From Deltaproteobacteria bacterium (lineage in GTDB: Bacteria > Myxococcota > B64-G9), in contig JAFGRB010000178.1 in NCBI GenBank assembly GCA_016935365.1, positions 389-64,388 of the forward strand: a stretch of DNA of 64,000 nt. The letters run 5' to 3'. Shown piece by piece: positions 29,443 through 43,244 of this stretch (its first letter is position 1; every line of letters begins with the position of its first letter). The notes beneath the pieces are model-generated. The model had not been told where the DNA came from and did no database searches. It worked only from the letters and a program-made list of their open reading frames with translations. A program made the translations under genes and the position numbers.

Positions 29443-30513
29443 TCAGAGCACGTCGTCCCGCCCCTGGCGCTCGAGCTTCTCCACGATGCGCCTGACCGCC
29501 TGCGCCTGGTCGATCGGACAGACGAGCACGGCGTCAGCGGTCTCCACCACGATCAGATCCCGCAGGCCCACGCAGGACACCAGACGCTCGCTCGAGCGGA
29601 TCACGCAGCCCCGGCAGTCGACCGCCAGGGTGTCTCCTTCGAGGGTATTTCCGGATCGGTCGCAAGACAGCACACCGGGCAGCGCAGCCCAGCTGCCCAC
29701 GTCGGACCAGTCGTGCTCCCACGGTAGCATCACGATCTCGCTGGACTTCTCCATCACGCCGTAGTCGATCGAGATCGACTCGGTCTGCTCGAAGACCCGC
29801 TCCATGACCTGGCGGCGCGCGCGCCGGGGCGCGTGGCGGATCTCCTCCAGGCCCGCGTGCAAGCCCGGCATGAACGCGGCCACCGCGCCGAGGATGGCAT
29901 CCGCCCGGAAGATGAACATGCCCGAGTTCCAGTAGTAGTCGCCAGACCGCAGGTACTGGGCCGCGCGGCGCCGGTCGGGCTTCTCGGTGAAGCCGCGCAC
30001 ATCGAAGACCGGCTTGCGATGGACCTCGGACAGGCGCGTTCCGACCCGGATGTACCCGTAACCCGTCTCGGCCCGCGTGGGCCGGACGCCCAGGGTCACG
30101 AGCGCCCCCGAGCGCGCAGCCCGAAACGCAGCCCGCAGCAGGCCGCGGAAGCTGCCCGCGGGCCGGATGATGTGGTCCGAGGGCAGGACGGCCAGGTAGC
30201 CGTCCGGATCCCGCATGTGGACCGCCAGGGAGGCCAGGCCCACGGCCGGCGCGGTGTTTCGCGGGCAGGGCTCGATGAGCAGATTGCCGGCCGGAAGCTC
30301 GGGCAGGATGCGCCGGATGGGGCGCGCGTGCGAGCGCGAGGCGACCACCAGGAGCCGCTCCCAGCCGCACAGCGGCAGCACCCTCTCGGCGGTGGCCCGC
30401 AGCATGCTCCGAGCCTCCCCGCCGATGGCCAGGAACTGCTTGGGGCACGACTTGCGGCTCAGGGGCCAGAAGCGCGTGCCCGAACCGCCGGCCATGATCA
30501 CCGCATATCTCAA
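29443..30513 (-). CDS. Mannose-1-phosphate guanylyltransferase
   Basis: YAVIMAGGSGTRFWPLSR...PKQF N-terminus; probable TTG start at 30513 (first ATG at 30495). Confidence 0.75.
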   Translation of the reverse strand: MRYAVIMAGGSGTRFWPLSRKSCPKQFLAIGGEARSMLRATAERVLPLCGWERLLVVASRSHARPIRRILPELPAGNLLIEPCPRNTAPAVGLASLAVHMRDPDGYLAVLPSDHIIRPAGSFRGLLRAAFRAARSGALVTLGVRPTRAETGYGYIRVGTRLSEVHRKPVFDVRGFTEKPDRRRAAQYLRSGDYYWNSGMFIFRADAILGAVAAFMPGLHAGLEEIRHAPRRARRQVMERVFEQTESISIDYGVMEKSSEIVMLPWEHDWSDVGSWAALPGVLSCDRSGNTLEGDTLAVDCRGCVIRSSERLVSCVGLRDLIVVETADAVLVCPIDQAQAVRRIVEKLERQGRDDVL

Positions 30514-31085
30514 CCGCGACCCGCCATCTGCTGCGCCTCGATGAGATCCACCAGGCCGCGGATGATCCTCGCCGTCGCGCCCCAGATATGGGTCCCTTCG
30601 AAGGGATAGGTGTCCACCTCGAGACGCTGCCCGTCGAAGTCCAGCACCTCCCGCTGCAGCCCCTGCCGCTGCATGAACATCTCCCACGGGGCGAAGAGGA
30701 GCCTGGCCACCTCCCGCTCGCTGAGCCGGAAAGGGTAGGCATCGCGCACCTGGCCGACCACCGGCGTGATCCGATAGCCGGTGACCGTCCGGGTGTCATC
30801 CAGCAGGCCGAGCACCTCGACGTCCTCGGGCCGCAGGCCGACCTCCTCCCAGCTCTCCCGCAGCGCCGTGGCCACGGCATCCGCGTCGCCCTCGTCGACC
30901 ACCCCGCCGGGAAAGGAAACCTGCCCCTTGTGCTCGTCGACCGACTGCGTGCGCTGCTCCATCAGCAGGCGCAAGCCGTCTCGCCTCTCGACGAAGGGCA
31001 CCAGCACGGCGGCCGGCACCAGGCCTTCGAGGGGAAGCGTGCGCCTCTGGCGATCGGCGAGGATCTGGCGCACCCGCTCCAGCAT
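30510..31085 (-). CDS. NUDIX hydrolase (CoA pyrophosphatase-like)
   Basis: Nudix box GGVVDEGDADAVATALRESWEEVG. Confidence 0.75.
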   Translation of the reverse strand: MLERVRQILADRQRRTLPLEGLVPAAVLVPFVERRDGLRLLMEQRTQSVDEHKGQVSFPGGVVDEGDADAVATALRESWEEVGLRPEDVEVLGLLDDTRTVTGYRITPVVGQVRDAYPFRLSEREVARLLFAPWEMFMQRQGLQREVLDFDGQRLEVDTYPFEGTHIWGATARIIRGLVDLIEAQQMAGRG

Positions 31086-31172
31086 GCTGCACCTATACCA
31101 CACACGAGCGCCGGAAGGCCAGGCCGGCTTGATCAGTGGCACACGGCGCGCAGAACGGATAGACTCGCCTGC

Positions 31173-32882
31173 ATGAAAATGATCCACATCCGGCTGGAAG
31201 GCCGACCGCTCAAGATCCCCGACTCCACCACGATCCTGGCACTGGTCGCGGGCGAGTCCGATCCCGGCCTGGGCTTGCGGCGGCCCATCGGTGCGCTGAT
31301 CAACAACCGCCTCGTCCCCCTCGACAGCAACCTGCACGACCAGGCCGAGGTGCGCTTGCTGGACGCCCTCTCGCCCCAGGCCCGGAGCATCTACCGCCGG
31401 GGCTGCACCTTGATGCTGATCGAGGCCACGCGCCGCCTGTACGAGGGAGTCCGGCTCGTGGTCGGCCAGTCTCTCGGAGACGGCGACTTCTTCGACTGGC
31501 AAGGCAGCCCGGCCTTCGATCCCTCCTACCCGAAGCGCATCCAGGCGGAGATGGAGAAGATGGTGGCGGAGGATCTCACCTTCGAGCAGGAGCGCTGCGG
31601 GGTGCAGGAAGCGCTGCGCAGGTTCACCCAGCTCGGGATGCAGGACCGCGTCGAGCTCCTCAACACGTTCTGGCACGAGACCATCCGCCTGGTCCATCTC
31701 GGCCATACGATCGACATCCATCACGGCCCGGTCCCGCCGTCGACCGGATACCTGCCCCTGTTCGGGCTGTCCGCCTACCCCCCGGAGAATCCGGAGCCGG
31801 GCCGCAACAGCAGCCGCCTGCAGGGCCTCGTGCTGCGCTTCCCGGACAGCGAGCACCCCCCGGCCCTGGACACGCCGCCGGCGGGCACCACGAAGCTGTT
31901 CACCATCCACCGCGAGTCCCGCGCCTGGAACCGCTCTCTGGGTGTGGAGAACGTCGGCACGCTCAACCACCACGTGCTCGACGGTCGGATCGACGAGATG
32001 ATCCGGGTCGCCGAGGGCTTCCACGAGAAGCGCATCACGGAGATCGCCGACACGATCGTCCGCGACAAGGACCGGGTCCGCATCGCCTTGATCGCCGGCC
32101 CGTCCTCGTCGGGCAAGACGACCTTCCTCAAGCGCCTGTCGGTCCAGCTGCGGGTCAACGGCCTGAGGCCGATCGGTCTGTCGATCGACAACTACTACGT
32201 CGACCGGGAGGACTCCCCTCGCGATGAGAACGGGGAGTTCGACTTCGAGTCCATCGAGGCCATCGATCTGCCCCTGTTCAACGAGCAGCTCGTCGATCTG
32301 CTGTCCGGCAAGGAGGTTCGCACGCCACGCTTCAGCTTCGAGTCGGGCACCCGCATGCCGGAGCCCCGCTGGCGGACCATGCAGCTCAGCCCCGGAGAGA
32401 TCCTGATCGTCGAGGGTATCCACGGGCTCAACGACCGCCTCACGAGCCAGGTGCCGGCCGAGGCGAAGTTCAAGATCTACGTCAGCGCGCTCACCCAGCT
32501 CTGCCTGGACGACGCCAACCGGATCCACACGACCGACCTGCGGCTGCTGCGCCGCCTGGTGCGGGACAAGCTCTTCCGGGGCTACTCGGCCAGCTCCACG
32601 CTCCACTGCTGGCCGTCGGTCCGGCGCGGAGAGGTGCGGCACATCTTCCCTTTCCAAGAGTCGACCGACGAGATGTTCAACACGGCGCTTCCTTACGAGA
32701 TGGCGGTGCTCAAGATCTACGCCGAGCGCTTCCTGCTCGAGGTCCCGCAGGAGGACTCGAGCTACAGCGAGGTGCACCGGCTGATGAAGTTCCTCAGCCT
32801 CTTCGTGGGCATCTTCCCCAACCGGGTGCCGCAGAACTCCATCCTGCGCGAGTTCATCGGCGGCAGCACGTTCCAGTACTGA
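31173..32882 (+). CDS. Uridine kinase/PRK-family P-loop kinase with an N-terminal TGS/ThrRS-like domain
   Basis: P-loop IAGPSSSGKTT plus the PRK fold; N-terminal beta-grasp-like region. Confidence 0.65.
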   Translation: MKMIHIRLEGRPLKIPDSTTILALVAGESDPGLGLRRPIGALINNRLVPLDSNLHDQAEVRLLDALSPQARSIYRRGCTLMLIEATRRLYEGVRLVVGQSLGDGDFFDWQGSPAFDPSYPKRIQAEMEKMVAEDLTFEQERCGVQEALRRFTQLGMQDRVELLNTFWHETIRLVHLGHTIDIHHGPVPPSTGYLPLFGLSAYPPENPEPGRNSSRLQGLVLRFPDSEHPPALDTPPAGTTKLFTIHRESRAWNRSLGVENVGTLNHHVLDGRIDEMIRVAEGFHEKRITEIADTIVRDKDRVRIALIAGPSSSGKTTFLKRLSVQLRVNGLRPIGLSIDNYYVDREDSPRDENGEFDFESIEAIDLPLFNEQLVDLLSGKEVRTPRFSFESGTRMPEPRWRTMQLSPGEILIVEGIHGLNDRLTSQVPAEAKFKIYVSALTQLCLDDANRIHTTDLRLLRRLVRDKLFRGYSASSTLHCWPSVRRGEVRHIFPFQESTDEMFNTALPYEMAVLKIYAERFLLEVPQEDSSYSEVHRLMKFLSLFVGIFPNRVPQNSILREFIGGSTFQY

Positions 32883-32954
32883 CGCGGCAAGATGGAGCAG
32901 CCGAGATGCTGGAGTAGCAGCGCTCCTTCAGAGCGCATAGCTGTTTCTTGCCTT

Positions 32955-33010
32955 CTTGAACCTGGGTCTGAAGACCCAGGCTATATCCCCCGCTGCTCCG
33001 CAGCGGAAGA
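32955..33010 (+). repeat. Twin-hairpin intergenic repeat, copy A
   Basis: CCTGGGTCTgaAGACCCAGG and CCGCTGCtcGCAGCGG palindromes; its reverse complement recurs at 63851-63900. Confidence 0.6.
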
Positions 33011-33131
33011 TCCGAATCTCGGAGACCTGTCAAGCCGGTTCTTTCCTTGCAATCCGAGATGGATATGACTCAGGGCGAAGCCCTGGGAGAGCAGTCGACG
33101 GTTGCGGAGATCGAGAGGCGCCCGGAGAGGC

Positions 33132-34940
33132 TCACCGCCAGCACGGGTTGGTCGTGCAGTCCATGCTGAGCACGAGCTGCCGGTCCGCGTCGAAGAACAG
33201 GTTGGTGTCCACCCGGCCGTTGGGGGTCCGGACCACACGCACGGCGTGCCACGGCCTCTCCGGGCAGCGCGCCCCCGTGAAGCAGCCCGTGTAGCGCGCG
33301 GGTGCGTCATCCTTGTCGTAGAGCAGGACCGCGAAGAGCCTGTGTCCCGGATCGTAGAGCCGCCGCTGGATCGACATGCCCAGCGAGTCCGCGAGCGTGC
33401 CGTCGGCCGCGTGGTTGAGGCTCTCGACTTGGTGGTCGTAGTTGTCGTAGCGAAAGCGCCGCACCATCGTGCCCAGGTTAGAGGCCGGTTGGCCCTGGGT
33501 GCCGAGGAAGCGCGCCTCGGTCACCCGGCCTGCGCTGTCGTAGGACTTGACGATGGCGTGGAAGCCCGTCCCCCCGCAAGCGATCGCCTGCCCCGAGGCG
33601 TCGAAGCAGGCCTCGCGCACGAGCCGCCCGAGATCGTCCCACGCCAGGCGCAGCTCGAACACGCCGTAGTCGCCGTCGACGCCCGGGCTGCCGTCGGCCG
33701 CGAAATGGGACACCGAGACGTGCCGGCCTCTGTCGTCCCGCTTGAAGCGCATCTCCGCCGGCTGTCCTGGACCGCAGGCCACCGGCTGGCCGAACGAGTC
33801 CAGACAGACGCGGCGCAGCAGCTGGCAGTGCGCGTCCCGCTCGGCCTTCTCCGCAGAGAGGCTGAAGCGGTTGGAGGTCGGCTTGCCATCCGGCCCCAGA
33901 AAGAGCCTTTCCACGGCGCAGCCCCGCACGTCGATCGTCAGGTGCTCCGTGCTCACGCCGTCGACATCCGGCGCCGGCTCGCCGTCCGCCCCCAGGCAGG
34001 TCCGGGCATGCACGATCCCCCCCATGCAGTACTCGAAGCGGCGCCCGTAACAGCCCGAGCGGCTGGACAGGACCGGCACGCCGTCCGGCGTGAAGTAGCG
34101 CTCCGTACTAATCCGCCCCTGCTCGTCGCGCTCGAAGCGGATCCGGCTGACGCCGTCGTGGGCGGCGACGGGCTGGCCGCCGAGATCCAGCCGGACCTCC
34201 TCCAGCACGAAGCCCCGGTCATCCCGGCTGAAACGCACGCACGCGATCCCATCCGTATCGAGCATCGGCTGACCGCCGTATTGCAGGCAGCGCAGCTCGC
34301 GGGCAAAGCCCTTCCCATCGACCTCGATCGCCATGCGCCCGCAGCCATCCAGGGCATTGGAGCCGTCCAGCAGGCGCTCCTGGAACTGCTCGCCCCGCTC
34401 CCCGAACACGCGGGCCCACTCGACCTGGCCGTGGCTGTCGAGGCCGACCAGCTGCAGCAGCCCACCTCGCGCCCCGTGCACGAAGACGCAGCGGTTGAGA
34501 AGGAGCCCCATGGGACCGCGGTGCTCGGCCAGGACGACCTCGCCCTGACGCCGTCCCAGCGCCCAGCAGGTGGCGGACTGCGGCGGCTTGTCGAGCTTTC
34601 GGCTGCAGGCCATGGTGCGCAGAGCGAGCTCGCAGTGGACGTGAAAGCTCCAGCTCAGCCCGCGGCTGTCCGGAATCTCCACCTCGGTCACGTGCGGCCC
34701 GCGCGACGGCTCCTCCAGCAAGAAGATGCCGGCCGTGCCGGCCAGCTCCGCAGTCGGGAACTGGGGGTGCGGGCCCCTCTCGGGGGGAAGACCCTCGGCC
34801 GCAGCTTGCAGCTCGCCGTCGGCGGGCCTGCCGCCGTCGGCCTGGCCCTGCTCCGCGGGCTTCAAGAAGAGCCAGATCATCAAGCCGACGACCAGCATGA
34901 AGATCACCACGCCCATGCCGCTCTGTTTCTTCTCACTCAT
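33132..34940 (-). CDS. Membrane-anchored protein with degenerate YD/RHS-like repeats
   Basis: N-terminal TM; recurring GQPxAxxDGxxxxRFxRDxxGR units. Confidence 0.5.
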   Translation of the reverse strand: MSEKKQSGMGVVIFMLVVGLMIWLFLKPAEQGQADGGRPADGELQAAAEGLPPERGPHPQFPTAELAGTAGIFLLEEPSRGPHVTEVEIPDSRGLSWSFHVHCELALRTMACSRKLDKPPQSATCWALGRRQGEVVLAEHRGPMGLLLNRCVFVHGARGGLLQLVGLDSHGQVEWARVFGERGEQFQERLLDGSNALDGCGRMAIEVDGKGFARELRCLQYGGQPMLDTDGIACVRFSRDDRGFVLEEVRLDLGGQPVAAHDGVSRIRFERDEQGRISTERYFTPDGVPVLSSRSGCYGRRFEYCMGGIVHARTCLGADGEPAPDVDGVSTEHLTIDVRGCAVERLFLGPDGKPTSNRFSLSAEKAERDAHCQLLRRVCLDSFGQPVACGPGQPAEMRFKRDDRGRHVSVSHFAADGSPGVDGDYGVFELRLAWDDLGRLVREACFDASGQAIACGGTGFHAIVKSYDSAGRVTEARFLGTQGQPASNLGTMVRRFRYDNYDHQVESLNHAADGTLADSLGMSIQRRLYDPGHRLFAVLLYDKDDAPARYTGCFTGARCPERPWHAVRVVRTPNGRVDTNLFFDADRQLVLSMDCTTNPCWR

Positions 34941-35057
34941 GGGCAGTCATCTAAGCACATCTCTGCCCGCCGGCACAATCGCTTGCGCCCGGGTCTCCAG
35001 TCCTGATATGGATACATGTACGCTGTGCGAGCCCACGCGCAATGCGGGAGATGATGG

Positions 35058-35765
35058 ATGGTGCGTAGAACGGCAGTCGTGTGTGGAATCCTCCTGTGGC
35101 TCGCCTCCGCTTCGACGGCCAGCGCCCAGCAGTCGGCCTCCCAGCTATCGCGCGCGGCGAAAAAACTCTACAAGCAGAAGAAGTACGACAAGGCCGCCGA
35201 GACGCTCCACAAGGCGATCGAGCTGGACCCCAACAACGCGGGCGCCCACTTCCAGCTGGCCTGCACGCTGGGCATGCTCCGCAAGCAGGGCAAGATCTGC
35301 GAGCACCGCGCCTTCCGCTCGACCATCCTGCGCCATCTGGTGCGCGCCAAGCTGAGCCGCAGAGAAAAGCGGCGCATCCGCCGCAACGCCGCCCTCCAGC
35401 CCGTGCTGGACACCGTCGGCTACTACCGGCTCATGGGCCTGTCGGTGCGCAAGACCGCGGACGTGGAGACTATCCTGCGAAAGGTATCCTGGTACGGCGC
35501 GCCGGGTCCCGACGGCAAGCCGGCCAGCAAGCTGCGCTTCATGCCCAAGGGCAAGCTCGAGCTTGAGATCGGCTCCGGCGCGGAGCGCGCGACGCACACG
35601 GGCAGCTACTTCGTGCGCAGCAACCTGGTCGAGGTCAAGCTCGCCAAGCCCGTCGGTGATGTCGGCACCCTGCAGGGCGCGCTGAAGGAGACCGGCGAGC
35701 TCGTCCTGCCCGGCCTGCCGGGTCCCTTCACCGACGGCTCCCACGACGCCCACCTCTGCGACTGA
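35058..35765 (+). CDS. Secreted TPR-like hypothetical protein
   Basis: Signal peptide; TPR-like helix pair AETLHKAIELDPNNAGAHFQLA. Confidence 0.5.
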   Translation: MVRRTAVVCGILLWLASASTASAQQSASQLSRAAKKLYKQKKYDKAAETLHKAIELDPNNAGAHFQLACTLGMLRKQGKICEHRAFRSTILRHLVRAKLSRREKRRIRRNAALQPVLDTVGYYRLMGLSVRKTADVETILRKVSWYGAPGPDGKPASKLRFMPKGKLELEIGSGAERATHTGSYFVRSNLVEVKLAKPVGDVGTLQGALKETGELVLPGLPGPFTDGSHDAHLCD

Positions 35766-35861
35766 CGAGCTCGACGAGCCCAATTTGCCTTCTCGCCGGG
35801 TCCGGGCGAGAATGATTTATATGGCGATCCGCCGGCGGATCGAATCGATGGAGGGTCCGTC

Positions 35862-37235
35862 ATGAAAAGGTGTTTAATCGTCTGTATCCTGTCCGCTCTC
35901 GCGTGCGCCGCGGGCTGCAGCTCCTCATCGGCGCCCGAGTGCAGCGCAGCCTCGGACTGCACCGGCGACCCCGGCGAGGGCTGCGTCTGGCTATGCGTCG
36001 ATCACGCCTGCGAGAAGAGCTGCGATACGCACGAGTGCGAGGAAGCCGCGGACTGCACCGGCGATCCCGGGCAGGGCTGCGTCTGGCTGTGCGTCGATCA
36101 GCACTGCCAGAGGAGCTGCGGCGAGCCGGAGTGCGAGGTAGCTTCTGACTGCACCGGCGATCCAGGCGAGAGCTGCGTCTGGCTGTGCGTCGATCAGCAC
36201 TGCCAGGCGAGCTGCGGCGAGCCGGAGTGCGAGGTGGCCGAGGACTGCCAGGACGAGCCCTGGCTCGAGGACTGCATCGGTCACTTCGAGTGCATCGACG
36301 GGGAGTGCTTCGCGGTCTGCGACGACGAGTGCAGCGTGCCCGAGGACTGCGCGGGCCTCGAGTTCCCGCTGGACTGCCAGGGGCACTGGATCTGCGATCA
36401 GAACCACTGCAAGCCGGTCTGCGACCAGGGCTGTGAGGGCCCTTCGGACTGCGAGGGCCTGCCGTGGCCGGTGGGCTGCCGCGGGCACTGGGAGTGCAAC
36501 GCGGACCACGTCTGCGTGCCGGTCTGCGATCCGAGCTGCACCCACCCGCGCGACTGCTGGGGCCTGGAGTTCCCGATCGACTGCATCGGCTTCTGGGACT
36601 GCGTGGACGGTTACTGCCAGCCGTACTGCGGCGAGTGCGGCGGAGAGGGCGAGACGATCGCGCCCGGCGATCCGATCTGCTGCCCGGGGCTGGTATCCGG
36701 CATGATCGCCGAGATCGACACCACGGGCGACTGTACGCCGATACCCGGGGGCATGGTGTGCATCGACTGCCCGAGCGGCGCGTGCGGGCCCGGCGAGAAC
36801 TTCTGCAACTGCCCCGACGACTGCCCCTTCGAGCCGAACTGCGTGCCCGAGGGCGAGTGGCAATACGGGGACGGGCCGCTTTGCTGCGCGGGGCTGATCT
36901 CGAGGCCCTGGGGCGAGCCCGAGGACGACTGCACGACCAGCAACACGCTCTCGGTCTGTGTGCGCTGCCCGAACGGGGAGTGCGGCCTCGGCGAGAACGT
37001 CTGCACCTGCCCCGAGGACTGCTCGGCGACCGGCTGCACGCCCGAGGGAGAGTACACCAGCCCGGTCGAGCCGAACTGCTGCCCGGGCCTCGAGGCCATC
37101 GTGATCGCCGAGTACGAGCAGGGCGCCTGCAGCTACATCGACGGCGCGCTGGTCTGCGCCGCCTGCCCGAACGGGGAGTGCGGACTCGGCGAGAACTTCT
37201 GCAACTGCCCCGATGACTGCCCGGGCCACAACTGA
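35862..37235 (+). CDS. Cys-rich repeat lipoprotein (Myxococcus-type cysteine-rich repeats)
   Basis: Lipobox LACAAGC; 3x ~37-aa EC..A.DCTGDPG.GCVWLCVD..C..SCGEP and 3x CPNGECGLGENxCxCPxDC repeats. Confidence 0.7.
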   Translation: MKRCLIVCILSALACAAGCSSSSAPECSAASDCTGDPGEGCVWLCVDHACEKSCDTHECEEAADCTGDPGQGCVWLCVDQHCQRSCGEPECEVASDCTGDPGESCVWLCVDQHCQASCGEPECEVAEDCQDEPWLEDCIGHFECIDGECFAVCDDECSVPEDCAGLEFPLDCQGHWICDQNHCKPVCDQGCEGPSDCEGLPWPVGCRGHWECNADHVCVPVCDPSCTHPRDCWGLEFPIDCIGFWDCVDGYCQPYCGECGGEGETIAPGDPICCPGLVSGMIAEIDTTGDCTPIPGGMVCIDCPSGACGPGENFCNCPDDCPFEPNCVPEGEWQYGDGPLCCAGLISRPWGEPEDDCTTSNTLSVCVRCPNGECGLGENVCTCPEDCSATGCTPEGEYTSPVEPNCCPGLEAIVIAEYEQGACSYIDGALVCAACPNGECGLGENFCNCPDDCPGHN

Positions 37236-37240
37236 CAACA

Positions 37241-37318
37241 AGGGGGGTCAGACCCCGACACTTGACACTTGTCTCACACGAAAACTCACAAGTGTCAAGT
37301 GTCGGGGTCTGACCCCCC
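37241..37318. repeat. Long perfect palindromic element (31-bp arms, 15-nt loop) with GGGGGGTCAGAC termini
   Basis: Occupies the entire gap between the convergent stop codons of the Cys-rich gene and uppP. Confidence 0.7.
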
Positions 37319-38139
37319 TAGCCGAGCACACCGAAGCCGAGCAGGGTGGCGATGGCGCCGCCGAGCAGGAGGCGGTAGGCGATGAAGACGGCCGTGGAGC
37401 GCTTCTGGAGGAAGCGCAGCAAGAAGGCGATGGCCGCATAGCCGCTGGCGGCCGCGGCGGCCGTGCCCAGTGCGACGGCCAGCCAGGGCACGCCGGCCGG
37501 GCTCGAGCGGGCCAGGCTGCTGAGTTCGTACAGGCCGCTGGCCGCCACGGCCGGGACGCTGAGCAGGAAGCTGAAGCGGGCCGCGTCGGCGCGCTTCAGC
37601 CCCACGAAGAGCCCGGCGGTGATCGTGACTCCGGAGCGCGAGGCGCCGGGGATGAGCGCCAGCGCCTGGGCGAGGCCGATGAGCAGCCCGCCGAGCCAGC
37701 CGAGCTGCTGCATGTCGAGGCCCCGCTTGCCCCGCCACTCGGCCAGTCCGAGGAGCAGCGCCAGGCCTCCCAGGGCGGCCGAGACGACCCACAGCGAGCG
37801 CAGGCTGGTCTCGATCGCCTCCTGGAAGACAAGCCCGCAGACCCCGACCGGCACGGTACCGATGGCGATCAGCCAGGCGAGCCGGGCCTCGGTCTCGGCG
37901 AAGGGCTTCCTACGCCACAGGCAGCGGAAAAACGAGGCGGCCATGGCGACCAGGTCCCGGAAGAAGTAGACCACGACCGCCAGCAGGGTGCCGAGCTGCA
38001 CCACGGCCGAGTAGGCCGCGCCGGGGTCTGGCCAGCCCACGAGCGCGGGCACCACGCGCAGGTGGGCCGTGGACGAGATGGGCAGGTACTCGGTCAAGCC
38101 CTGGATGAGCCCCAGGATGATGGCCTGGAAGGGATCCAT
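37318..38139 (-). CDS. uppP: Undecaprenyl-diphosphate phosphatase
   Basis: BacA/UppP motifs (GLIQGLTEYLPISSTAHL, PGASRSG). Confidence 0.9.
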   Translation of the reverse strand: MDPFQAIILGLIQGLTEYLPISSTAHLRVVPALVGWPDPGAAYSAVVQLGTLLAVVVYFFRDLVAMAASFFRCLWRRKPFAETEARLAWLIAIGTVPVGVCGLVFQEAIETSLRSLWVVSAALGGLALLLGLAEWRGKRGLDMQQLGWLGGLLIGLAQALALIPGASRSGVTITAGLFVGLKRADAARFSFLLSVPAVAASGLYELSSLARSSPAGVPWLAVALGTAAAAASGYAAIAFLLRFLQKRSTAVFIAYRLLLGGAIATLLGFGVLG

Positions 38140-38170
38140 GCGAGAGGCACGCGGCGCGCCGGGCGCGCGC

Positions 38171-42509
<4,339 letters not shown>

Positions 42510-42514
42510 GGCTC

Positions 42515-42787
42515 CTACTCGTCCTCCCCGAAGAACTCCTCGATCAGCTTGCCCAGCGCTTCGAGCGCCGCCTCGCAGTCCTCACCCTCGGTCTCCACCT
42601 CGATGGTGGAGCCCTGGCAGGCCGCGAGCTGCAGGACCCCCATGATGCTCTTGCCGTTGACCTCCAGGTTGTCCTTCCGCACCCGGACCTCGCTCTGGTA
42701 CCGGTGCGCGAGCTGGACGAAAACCGTCGCCGCCCGGGCGTGCATCCCGAGCTTGTTCCGGATCTCGAAGCTTGCGACGGCCGTCAA
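42515..42787 (-). CDS. ptsH: Phosphocarrier protein HPr
   Basis: GMHARAA His15 motif; 90 aa. Confidence 0.9.
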   Translation of the reverse strand: MTAVASFEIRNKLGMHARAATVFVQLAHRYQSEVRVRKDNLEVNGKSIMGVLQLAACQGSTIEVETEGEDCEAALEALGKLIEEFFGEDE

Positions 42788-43236
42788 CCGGCACCTCCTG
42801 CAGCGCGACTGCTCTTGCCATCACCACCCGAGCGTTTGGCGAGGATATCGGATGCCAGGGAGATGTTCTCCTGGCCCTCGCGCACCATGGCCCGCGCCAT
42901 GACGATCGGATCCTCGAGCTTGCGCATCCTGAGGTCGATGGCCTTGAGCAGCATGGCCAGGTTGAGCCCCGATACGATCTCCACCTTGCCGGGCACGAGC
43001 CTGGCCAGAGCCAGGTTGGCCGGCGAGCCGCCGAAGAGATCGGTCACCACGATGACGCCACAGCCGGCATCCGTTGCGCGGATGGCCTCATCGAGCCTCG
43101 ACTTCACGTCATCGGCCTTCTCGCCGGCCGACACGCCCACCGAAGCCACGTGCTCCTGCTCGCCGGCCACCATCTTCAACACATCCATGAAGGCGTCAGA
43201 CAAGCCCGCGTGAGAAAAGAGGACCAAGCCGACCAT
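42784..43236 (-). CDS. PTS EIIA component, mannose/fructose class
   Basis: EIIA-Man fold with N-terminal LVLFSHAGL; AGGAGG SD. Confidence 0.75.
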   Translation of the reverse strand: MVGLVLFSHAGLSDAFMDVLKMVAGEQEHVASVGVSAGEKADDVKSRLDEAIRATDAGCGVIVVTDLFGGSPANLALARLVPGKVEIVSGLNLAMLLKAIDLRMRKLEDPIVMARAMVREGQENISLASDILAKRSGGDGKSSRAAGGAG

Positions 43237-43244
43237 GCCGCCTC

